Assembly: GCA_045615585.1 (NCBI GenBank)
Contig: JAZLFB010000280.1
Coordinates: forward strand, 6,219 to 70,218
DNA: 64,000 nucleotides
Reading direction: 5' to 3'
From: Akkermansia sp.
Lineage (GTDB): Bacteria > Verrucomicrobiota > Verrucomicrobiia > Verrucomicrobiales > Akkermansiaceae
The notes under the pieces were generated by a model that did no database searches, was not told the origin of the DNA, and was given only the letters and a program-made list of their open reading frames with translations. Position numbers and translations under genes: made by a program. Below, one piece after another: positions 56,050 through 64,000 of the stretch. Within the stretch, counting starts at the first letter, position 1; the number at the start of each line of letters is the position of its first letter.

Positions 56050-58653
56050 TTATTCCGTTTTCAGCGGCACCAGCGGCAGATAACGCATGGGGCGGGGCGG
56101 GGTCAGATTAATGGTGCAGTCAACGTTGGCAGAGGTCTCTTCTGCCGTGCTGACGGCAGAGCTGTCGGTAACTTCTTCTGCGGTGGCACCGTTGCTCACC
56201 AAATCATCTGCATCTTTGTACCGGGGGTGCAGTTCTGTTTCACAGCCGTAGGGGTCGGTACCCACCAAAGGACCGGACTTAGGCAGAATGGGAAGCACGG
56301 CCAACACGCGGGAGGAGGACATTTGCCCCACCCCCAAATCAAGGAAATCGGCCAGCGAGGGGCTGCCGTCGCCGTGTACGCCGCAGTGACCGAGCGTCAC
56401 ATCACCCTTCGGGAAATACTCGCGGTAGGTGTGGCGCACATAGGTGGCCTTGCCGTTTTCCATCACCGGTTCAAAGCAGAAATTGGTAGCAAGCTGTCCC
56501 GATGAGGTGCAGATTTCAACCTCCTCCGTATCGGCAGGCATGGGGATGGGTTCATCACCGTAATCGGCTGCCTTGGCCGCTTGGAACACGGCGCTCATAA
56601 TAGGCGCACAGGTGTCAGAGGCAAACGCCTGCGGGTAAATGGGCATGCGGTCGTTCAGGTACCCCATCCAGATACCGCAGGTGATACTGCTGTTGTAGGC
56701 AAAGAGGGCATTATTCGAAAAATCATAGTTGGTGCCGGTCTTGACGGCACCGTTGAAATCCTGCGGCAGCATGGGGCGCACGCGCTGGGCGCTGCCTTTC
56801 TCCATCGATTCGCGCATGATGCTGTGCAGGCGGAAAGCCGTGCACGGGGTAGCACAGTTCACCTTGGTCTTATTAACGGCGTGCTTGTTCTCCCACAGAA
56901 TCTTGCCGTTGCTGTCGGTAATTTTGGCAATGACATAGGGTGCCACGGGGCGGGTGCCTACGTTGGGGAAAACGGTATAGGCCATCGTCATCTCTTTGAG
57001 CGAGACCGGTTCTGCGCCGAGATAAACGCGGGGGTAATACTGCGGGCGAGCCTCGGTGCTGTTGGGGTTGCGGGCGGGCGGGGTGATACCCACACGTTCA
57101 AGCGTGTCGCAGTAATCCTTGGCGCCTTTCTGCGGGTGAGAACCCAGCGCAATTCCCAAGCGGGCAGAAGCGGCAATCTTTGACCATTCCAAGGCTTGAC
57201 GGGCGGTCACGGAATCCAGATAGCGCCCCTTTTCCACCTCCATACCCCATTCACCGAGAATACCTTCGCTGCCGCCGATACCTGTCAGGCGGTTGTCCAT
57301 AGCGTCATCCACCAGACGGGAACAAGGGGTATAGCCGTTATCGAAGGCGCACATGTAGAGAAAGGGCAGCATGGCGGTGCCCACGGGGCTGCGACCCGAT
57401 TCAATGATATCAAAGTTATCACGCTCGAAACTGCGACCGCCCACATAAGCCAGCACACCGCCCGTCTTGTTCTCCACCACATACACGGCACCGTCAAGAT
57501 AACGATGCCGGGCAAAGCGGGGGTCAGAGGTCTGACTGAACTTAACATGCTTGTAATCAGGGCGCTGTTCGATGTTTGCCAACTGCTCTTTGAGCGCGCT
57601 TTCTGCGGCTCTCTGCAACGAGGCGTCAATCGTGGTATAAATCTTGATACCGCGGCTCTTGATGATTTCCTCACCGCGCTGCGGGTTCTGGAAAATACCG
57701 ATAGCCTGTTGCTGCACCAAAGCGTGCAGGAACGATGTGTTGCGGCGGAGAGGCTTGGGGTTCAAATCCAACGGCTGCTCTTTCACTCGGGCGGCCTCAC
57801 CCGCCGTCAGCATACCGGAGCGCGCCATACGGTCCACCACGTCATTACGCCATTTGCGGTTAAGCTCGGGATTCTTAACAGGGTTGTAATTCTCCGGGTT
57901 CTTAATCAAGGCAGCGATACTGGCAGCCTCGCGCACGGTGAGGTCGGCAGGCTCTTTGCCGTAATACCCCAATGCAGCAGAGCGGATACCGTAGTAACCG
58001 CGACCGAAGTAAATGCGGTTCAGGTAGAACTCCATGATTTGCTGCTTGTCATACTTATCCTCAATGCGCATGGCAAGGAAGATTTCGACAATTTTACGCT
58101 CGTAGCGGCTGCCGCCGATAGCGGCGGTGCGTGCCTCCAAATCATAAGCATTGCGGGCCAGCTGCTGGGTGATGGTCGAGGCACCCTGGTTGGCATCGCC
58201 GTGGCGCAGAACGGCCTCTTTAGCGGCGCGGGCAATACCCATAGGGTCGAAACCGTGGTGTGTCCAGAACGTTTTATCCTCCTGTGCCACCAAGGCGTCA
58301 ATCATGCTGCGGGAGATTTTGTCGTAGGTAACGTAGCTGCGGTTTTCATCGTAGATACGCCCGATTTCCTCCTGATTGCGGTCGTAGATAATGCAGGGGT
58401 GGTCAAGGTTGTTAATGTCCTCCAAATCGAACTCATCCGCCCATTTCTGATATTTGGCGGTCACAGTCAAAAAGACGGCATAGCCCAAGCAGGCCATCAC
58501 AAGAGCGGTAACGGACCCCACCACAAAGCAACGCCAGAGAATGCTGCGCACCCAGCCGCCGAAGGTTCGGCGCTGGTCATTTTTCTGCCCCGATTTGCGG
58601 CGTCGGCCTCTGGCAGCCTTACGCTTATTCTGAAACTCGTTTAAATCATCCAT
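56050..58653 (-). CDS. Class A PBP (GT51 transglycosylase plus degenerate transpeptidase domain)
   Basis: EDKTFWTHHGFD, GASTITQQLARN, RKIVE and YLNRIYFG are intact; KTGT is present but SxxK reads GTAML. Confidence 0.88.
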   Translation of the reverse strand: MDDLNEFQNKRKAARGRRRKSGQKNDQRRTFGGWVRSILWRCFVVGSVTALVMACLGYAVFLTVTAKYQKWADEFDLEDINNLDHPCIIYDRNQEEIGRIYDENRSYVTYDKISRSMIDALVAQEDKTFWTHHGFDPMGIARAAKEAVLRHGDANQGASTITQQLARNAYDLEARTAAIGGSRYERKIVEIFLAMRIEDKYDKQQIMEFYLNRIYFGRGYYGIRSAALGYYGKEPADLTVREAASIAALIKNPENYNPVKNPELNRKWRNDVVDRMARSGMLTAGEAARVKEQPLDLNPKPLRRNTSFLHALVQQQAIGIFQNPQRGEEIIKSRGIKIYTTIDASLQRAAESALKEQLANIEQRPDYKHVKFSQTSDPRFARHRYLDGAVYVVENKTGGVLAYVGGRSFERDNFDIIESGRSPVGTAMLPFLYMCAFDNGYTPCSRLVDDAMDNRLTGIGGSEGILGEWGMEVEKGRYLDSVTARQALEWSKIAASARLGIALGSHPQKGAKDYCDTLERVGITPPARNPNSTEARPQYYPRVYLGAEPVSLKEMTMAYTVFPNVGTRPVAPYVIAKITDSNGKILWENKHAVNKTKVNCATPCTAFRLHSIMRESMEKGSAQRVRPMLPQDFNGAVKTGTNYDFSNNALFAYNSSITCGIWMGYLNDRMPIYPQAFASDTCAPIMSAVFQAAKAADYGDEPIPMPADTEEVEICTSSGQLATNFCFEPVMENGKATYVRHTYREYFPKGDVTLGHCGVHGDGSPSLADFLDLGVGQMSSSRVLAVLPILPKSGPLVGTDPYGCETELHPRYKDADDLVSNGATAEEVTDSSAVSTAEETSANVDCTINLTPPRPMRYLPLVPLKTE

Positions 58654-58747
58654 TTCGCTGCCCTTAACTCTAGCACAAAGCAAGCATCATGGCAAGAACG
58701 AAGAAACGGAATAAGCGGGAGAAAGTTGTTACCGCCAATAGAGCAAA

Positions 58748-59086
58748 TCGACAAATGGGGAGTTTGTAGGGATGTTTGAAGTTTGATGTTTGATGTTTGA
58801 AGTATAAAGTTCGCCGCGCTACGCGCGGTAGATTCCTTGCTCCACGCTTACTGCCCCGCCGCTGAAAAGCGGCGGATTTACCCCGTATTAAACCAAGCTT
58901 TTTACCGAAGCCATGCTACGCGCTTTGCGTTACCCGCATTTCGGGTGAAACATCACAATGTTCCATAACGGTGGGCGAGTTCCGCTCTGCGGTCTGAAAT
59001 TCCCGCACGCCGCAGGCGTGCCTAAATTTGCACATCAAACTTCAAACATCAAACTTCAAACATTTCGACAAATCCCCATTTATCGA
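58748..59086. repeat. Heptamer/hairpin inverted-arm element, copy 4 (about 85-bp imperfect terminal inverted repeats)
   Basis: Left: TCGACAAATGGGGAGTTTGTAGGG, (A/T)GTTTGA-type heptamers, hairpin CCGCGC-TAC-GCGCGG (58814-58828). Right: hairpin GCACGCC-GCA-GGCGTGC (59005-59021), TCAAAC(A/T) heptamers, TTCGACAAATCCCCATTTATCGA. Confidence 0.9.
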
Positions 59087-59175
59087 CGAGCGCCCAATCC
59101 CCCGCACCCGATGTGCGCCGCAATTCAACTTTTCCCGCGCTTGCCACCGCCGCCGTTTCATGCTACCATAGAGCC

Positions 59176-59574
59176 ATGCCTTACAAGAGTTTTGAAGCTG
59201 CGGTGGATGCCGTGATGCAGCGGCACCCCGAATACGCCCCCGACGCCTACGCCTTTATGCGGGCGGCGTTGGATGAGACGAGCCGCAAGGTGGTGACACC
59301 CGACCGCACGCCGCATCTCTCTGCCGAAGAGCTGTATCTGGGCTTCTGCGCCTATGCGCTGGAGGAGTTCGGACCGATGGCGGCGGCGGTAATGGAACAT
59401 TGGGGCATCAGCACTTCCTCCGACGTGGGGGCGATTGTGTACAACCTGATTGAAGTGGGCGTGTTCGGCAAGCAGTCGGGCGACACCCGAGAACAGTTTG
59501 ACGGACTGGCCCCGCTGACCGCGCTCCTGAACGCGCCTTACGAACCCGAAACCAAGAAAAAACGTCGCAAATGA
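59176..59574 (+). CDS. Minf_1886-like Verrucomicrobia/Planctomycetes conserved protein
   Basis: YAPDAYAF...HLSAEEL..G...A..EFGPMA..V.EHWGI.TSSDVG.IVYNLIEVGVFGKQ.GD..E.F. Confidence 0.8.
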   Translation: MPYKSFEAAVDAVMQRHPEYAPDAYAFMRAALDETSRKVVTPDRTPHLSAEELYLGFCAYALEEFGPMAAAVMEHWGISTSSDVGAIVYNLIEVGVFGKQSGDTREQFDGLAPLTALLNAPYEPETKKKRRK

Positions 59575-60617
59575 ACAATGCTATGACAGGGAGCCAACTT
59601 CACTGGCCCGCCGAATGGGAACCGCAGGAAGCCGTCTGGATTTCCTGGCCGCACCGCGAAGATTTGTGGCAGGGCGGCTTGCAGGAGCTGCTGGGTCGCT
59701 ACGCCGACCTTGCCGCCGCCATTGCGCCGCAGGCACAGGTGCGCATCAACGCCGCCGCCACCCTGCACCGCTCCATTGCCGATGTACTGCTGCGCCGCGG
59801 GCTGCGCGAGGGCGAGTTCAAGCTCTACGACCACCCCACGGATGACGTGTGGTGCCGCGACCACGGCGGTATTTTCGTGCGCCGCGAGGACGGCGGCATG
59901 CAGCTGGCGGACTGGACGTTCAACGCTTGGGGCGGTAAGTTTGCCCCGTGGGATAAGGACAACGGCATCCCCACCTGCATGGCGAAGAGTCTGGGCCTGC
60001 CACAGCTCTCCAGCAAGTTGATTTTGGAGGGCGGCGCGATTGAGGGCAACGGCGAGGGGCTGATTCTGACCACGGAGGCCGTGCTGCTGAACCCCAACCG
60101 CAACCCCGGTGTCACCAAGGCGGAGATTGAAGCCGAGCTGCACCGCATGATGGGCACCAAGCAGGTGTTCTGGCTGGGCAAGGGCATTGAGGGCGACGAC
60201 ACGGACGGTCACATTGACGACATGGTGCGCTTTGTGAATGCCGAGGCGGTGGTGTCCATCACGGAGCCTGACCCGCACTCCCCCCACTACCGCAATCTGG
60301 CGGAAAACAACGAGCGTTTGCAGGATTTACGCACGCCCGCGGGGCATAAGGTGGAGGTGATTCCCCTGCCCATGCCGCAGCCGCTGGTGGCAGAGGACTG
60401 GCGCTTGGAGCAGCTGCCCGCCAGCTACGCCAATTTCCTGATTTGCAATGAGGCAGTGATTGTTCCCATCTTCATGCAGGAGAAGGAAGACGACCGCGGG
60501 CTGGGCATTCTGCGCGAAGCCTTCCCCGGCAAGCAAGTGGTGGGTATCGATGCCCGTCGCCTCGTGATTGAGGGCGGCGCCATCCACTGCATCACCCAGC
60601 AACAGCCCCGCGCCTGA
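59571..60617 (+). CDS. aguA: Agmatine deiminase
   Basis: PAEWEPQ, WCRDHG, FNAWGGK, EGGAIE.NG, DDTDGHID, ASYANF, GGAIHCITQQQP. Confidence 0.93.
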   Translation: MNNAMTGSQLHWPAEWEPQEAVWISWPHREDLWQGGLQELLGRYADLAAAIAPQAQVRINAAATLHRSIADVLLRRGLREGEFKLYDHPTDDVWCRDHGGIFVRREDGGMQLADWTFNAWGGKFAPWDKDNGIPTCMAKSLGLPQLSSKLILEGGAIEGNGEGLILTTEAVLLNPNRNPGVTKAEIEAELHRMMGTKQVFWLGKGIEGDDTDGHIDDMVRFVNAEAVVSITEPDPHSPHYRNLAENNERLQDLRTPAGHKVEVIPLPMPQPLVAEDWRLEQLPASYANFLICNEAVIVPIFMQEKEDDRGLGILREAFPGKQVVGIDARRLVIEGGAIHCITQQQPRA

Positions 60618-60720
60618 TTATCAGGCACCCCGCAGTCTCCTGCTTCTGCATTTTCGCAGCAAAAAAAGAACGCATCTTTCCTTGCAGAGATGCGGGAAAT
60701 ATGCTAGACTGTCCATTGAA

Positions 60721-62565
60721 ATGGGCAGACTCTCACGGCAGATACGGTTTGGGTGGAAAGCGATTAAAACGACCTTCTCGCAGGGTCGCATTGATTTACT
60801 GCCCGCGCGGCACGATGTGAAGAGCTACACCTTCCGCAAAGCGGGGCGCGATTTGAAAGCCGCCACCGATGTAGCGCTGGTGGGTCTGCCGCAGGGCATG
60901 GCCTTTGCCGCCATGGCGGGGTTGGACAGCATCTACGGCATCATGGCCGCCACGGTCGGCACCTTTATCGCCCCTCTGTTCACGCGCTGTTCACTCACCG
61001 TCAGCGGTCCCTCCAACGCAACGGCGTTCATGTTGGCGAGCTTCTTTCTGGCAGCGCACCCGGGCATCCACGGACACCCCGAAATCTTTGTGCCGCTCAT
61101 TGTGTTCCTTGCAGGCGTGCTGTGTGTTATCGGTTCGTTCATCAAGGCCACGGAGATGCTGCAATTTGTGAGCCGCAGCGTGCTGGTGGGCTACATCACG
61201 GGTGCCGCCACGCTCATCATTGCCAGTCAGCTGCGCTATGTGATGGGTATCAACGACATTCACGCGGGGTCGTCCTTCTTCTCCATGACCTCGGCCATTT
61301 TCGAGAATCTGGACAAGGCGGAGTGGCAGCCGATGGTGCTGGGTGCGCTCTCCTTCCTGCTCTTCATCCCGCTGAAAAAATATTTCAAGTTCCTGCCGAC
61401 CTTCGCCATCATTCTGCTGCTGATGAGTGTGCTCAACTGGGTGCTCTGTCAGCCGTGGTCGGGCGCCATGTTCACCGATGTCCGCATGCTGCGCGATTTC
61501 ACCATGGCCGACCTCACCTGCCGCGCGCCCGAGCTGGGGCATCTGCCGGGGCATATTACAGAGTTGGTACCCATCGTGGTCGGTATCGCGTTCCTTTCCA
61601 CATTGGAGCAGACGGTGATGAGCAAGACCATCTCCGCCAAAACAGGTGAACAGCTGAACCTGAATCAAGATACCTTTGCCGTAGGCATGGCCAACATCGG
61701 CTCGGCGTTCACCACCTCGCTGCCATGCTCAGCCTCGCTCACGCGTTCCGCCCTCAACTACAACAGCGGGGCGGCCACGCGCTTTTCGGGAGTCATCTGC
61801 GGTTTGCTCTGCCTGGGTATCACCTTTATTCTGGCGTACTTCCCCCTCATTTCCTACATTCCGCACAGCGTGCTGGCTGCGCTGGTGCTTGCCAATGCAG
61901 TGTCGCTGTACGATAAAAAGCTCCTGCGTATCTGTTTCCTCAGCACACCGGGAGATGCCGCCGTGCTCCTCATCACCTTTGTGGCGGCGTTGCTGTTGCC
62001 GCTGCACTTCGCCATTTTCGTGGGCGTAGTGATTTCCGTCTCACTCTTCCTGCGCAAAGCCGCCAAGCCCGAGCTGGTGGAATACACGCTGGACGACCGC
62101 GGCGCGCTGACCCAACTGCATGACCAAGAGGCCCGTCTGCCGCAGATTTCCATCGTGCACGTGGAGGGCGACCTCTTCTTCGGCGCGGCAGATTTGTTCC
62201 GCCGCCAAGTGAGCCGCATTACAGAGGATAAAAATCTGGCCGTAGTGGTGCTGCGCATGCGCAACGCCCGCAATCTCGATGCCACCGCCGTCTGCGCCTT
62301 GGAAGAGCTGATTAAATTCATGCGCGAGCACGGTCGCCACCTCATCATCTCGGGCGCGGGGCGCGAGGTGTACCGTATCCTCAAAAAGAGCGGCGTGCTG
62401 GATGTGTTGCAGGAGGGCTGCGGCGAGGGCGAGAGCAACATCTTCCTTGTAGAGCCGAAGAACCCCAACCTGTCCACGGGCAAGGCTCTCAAGCGCGCTC
62501 AAAAGCTGCTGGGTACCAAGCGTGCGGATATCTCCATCTACACCACAGAGAACAGGAGGGACTGA
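60721..62565 (+). CDS. SulP-family anion transporter with STAS domain
   Basis: LPQGMAFA..AG, SGP, SLTRSALN.NSGA.TR, and C-terminal EGDLFFGAAD...LDATA STAS motifs. Confidence 0.92.
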   Translation: MGRLSRQIRFGWKAIKTTFSQGRIDLLPARHDVKSYTFRKAGRDLKAATDVALVGLPQGMAFAAMAGLDSIYGIMAATVGTFIAPLFTRCSLTVSGPSNATAFMLASFFLAAHPGIHGHPEIFVPLIVFLAGVLCVIGSFIKATEMLQFVSRSVLVGYITGAATLIIASQLRYVMGINDIHAGSSFFSMTSAIFENLDKAEWQPMVLGALSFLLFIPLKKYFKFLPTFAIILLLMSVLNWVLCQPWSGAMFTDVRMLRDFTMADLTCRAPELGHLPGHITELVPIVVGIAFLSTLEQTVMSKTISAKTGEQLNLNQDTFAVGMANIGSAFTTSLPCSASLTRSALNYNSGAATRFSGVICGLLCLGITFILAYFPLISYIPHSVLAALVLANAVSLYDKKLLRICFLSTPGDAAVLLITFVAALLLPLHFAIFVGVVISVSLFLRKAAKPELVEYTLDDRGALTQLHDQEARLPQISIVHVEGDLFFGAADLFRRQVSRITEDKNLAVVVLRMRNARNLDATAVCALEELIKFMREHGRHLIISGAGREVYRILKKSGVLDVLQEGCGEGESNIFLVEPKNPNLSTGKALKRAQKLLGTKRADISIYTTENRRD

Positions 62566-62688
62566 TTTTGACTGTCTGTCACCCTGCCGACGTCTTTTTT
62601 TGAACGCAACGGCGGGAAATGTGTCAACAAGACAGGCGGCACTTGCCAGAAGTGCCGCCGCGTGATAAACTGACGGGCAGAAAATACC

Positions 62689-63672
62689 ATGAATACGCAG
62701 GAACTCAGTGAGCAGATTGCCGCCAAATCCGCTTGGGTCATCGCGGTCAAGCGCGAAATGTCCAAAGTGGTGGTGGGGCAGCAGCAGTTGGTGAACAGAC
62801 TTATCCTCTCGCTCCTCTGCAAGGGGCATGTGTTGCTGGAGGGTGTTCCCGGTCTTGCCAAGACCCTTTCCGTGAAAGCCCTTGCGGGTACCATGCAGGC
62901 GGCGTTCTCCCGCATTCAGTTCACGCCCGACCTGCTGCCCGCCGACTTGCTGGGCACCATGATTTACAACCCTGAGGAGCGCCGATTCTCCGCCAAGAAA
63001 GGTCCCGTGTTCGCCAATCTGATTCTGGCGGACGAAATCAACCGCGCCCCCGCCAAGGTGCAGAGCGCCCTGCTGGAAGCCATGCAGGAACGCCAAGTCA
63101 CGCTGGGTGAAACCAGCTACGACCTGCCCAATCCTTTCTTAGTACTGGCTACGCAGAACCCCATTGAACAGGAGGGCACCTACCAGTTGCCCGAAGCCCA
63201 GCTCGACCGCTTCCTCTTCAAAGTGATGGTGGATTACCCCACCCGCGATGAGGAAATCAAGGTGTTGGAGATGATGAGCAGCACGGAAGCCGCCCCGCAG
63301 ACCACCCCCGTGGTGACGGTGGAGGACATCGAGGAATCCCGCGCGCTCATGAACGCCATTTACATTGACCCCGCGGTGCAGAACTACATTGTGGATTTGG
63401 TACGCGCCACCCGCGCCCCCGAACGCGTGGATGCCCGCTTGGCCGGCATGGTGCGCGCGGGTGCGTCGCCCCGTGCTTCCATCAACTTTGCGCTGGCTGC
63501 CAAGGCGCTTGCCTTCACCCGCCAACGCGCCCACGTCACCCCGCAGGATGTCAAGGACCTCGCCCACGACATTCTGCGCCACCGCATTCTGCTGTCCTAC
63601 GAGGCGGAGGCCGCCAACAAGACCGCAGACAACGTGATTGACAGCATTCTCTCCAAGGTTCCCGTTCCGTAA
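62689..63672 (+). CDS. MoxR-family AAA+ ATPase
   Basis: HVLLEGVPGLAKT, RIQFTPDLLPADL, LADEINRAPAKVQSALLEAM, ATQNPIEQEGTY.LPEAQLDRF. Confidence 0.95.
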   Translation: MNTQELSEQIAAKSAWVIAVKREMSKVVVGQQQLVNRLILSLLCKGHVLLEGVPGLAKTLSVKALAGTMQAAFSRIQFTPDLLPADLLGTMIYNPEERRFSAKKGPVFANLILADEINRAPAKVQSALLEAMQERQVTLGETSYDLPNPFLVLATQNPIEQEGTYQLPEAQLDRFLFKVMVDYPTRDEEIKVLEMMSSTEAAPQTTPVVTVEDIEESRALMNAIYIDPAVQNYIVDLVRATRAPERVDARLAGMVRAGASPRASINFALAAKALAFTRQRAHVTPQDVKDLAHDILRHRILLSYEAEAANKTADNVIDSILSKVPVP

Positions 63673-63687
63673 ACCGCTGCATCCGTC

Positions 63688-64000
63688 ATGGATAAAACGC
63701 AGGAAATCATGCAGAAAGTGCGCCGCATCGAGTTGCAGGCGCGCCGCCTGACCACGGCAACCTTTGCGGGGCAGTACCGCTCGGGTTTCCGAGGACAGGG
63801 GCTTGATTTCGATGATTTCCGCGAGTACATGCCGGGGGATGACCCCCGCTTTATCGACTGGAAAGTAACCGCCCGCACAGGCACGCCCTACGTCCGCACC
63901 TTCCGTGAGGAGCGTGAACAGGTGCTGCTGTTGGCGGTGGATACCAGCGCCTCCATGAACTACGCCAGCGCGGGGGTGACGGACACCAAGCTGGAGTACG
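63688..64000 (+). CDS. DUF58 domain protein (MoxR partner; truncated by the window edge)
   Basis: Manual translation: MDKTQEIMQKVRRIEL...G.YRS.FRG.GLDF.DFREY.PGDD.R.IDWKVTAR. Confidence 0.92.
   Translation, partial: MDKTQEIMQKVRRIELQARRLTTATFAGQYRSGFRGQGLDFDDFREYMPGDDPRFIDWKVTARTGTPYVRTFREEREQVLLLAVDTSASMNYASAGVTDTKLEY

Noticed and set aside
62689-64000. MoxR-DUF58 locus as a new system
   Set aside because: This is the standard start of the widespread MoxR/DUF58/VWA (Bat-like) operon, truncated by the window edge.

Overview
GC-rich (roughly 60% by eye) chromosomal window from a Verrucomicrobiota bacterium, most likely Akkermansiaceae. This is inferred from the fused lpxC-fabZ, a Verrucomicrobia/Planctomycetes-restricted Minf_1886-like gene, an extended L34 and the overall gene content. 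Most genes are housekeeping: trpS (partial), FKBP PPIase, nadD, mutY, lnt, panE, xerC, lpxC-fabZ, rpmH-rnpA-yidD-yidC, nadB, ptsH-ptsI, ybaK, sufS, PBP1A, agmatine deiminase, SulP and MoxR-DUF58 (partial). Accessory genes are scattered singly: a 1911-aa DUF4011/SF1-helicase/DUF3320 protein (Hhe-like defence candidate), a divergent ankyrin / TerB-like-AAA+ pair, an FHA-transglutaminase-like operon, a four-CxxCH cytochrome c peroxidase, and two AT-rich surface-modification genes (acyltransferase-3 and a phosphoethanolamine transferase). The most unusual signal is non-coding: four 220-340 bp intergenic elements plus one solo arm. Each element is bounded by inverted arms built from tandem heptamers and a small GC-rich hairpin, and the hairpins show compensatory base changes between copies. 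No rRNA, tRNA, CRISPR array or transposase was seen. All family assignments come from motif recognition by eye; no database search was run.
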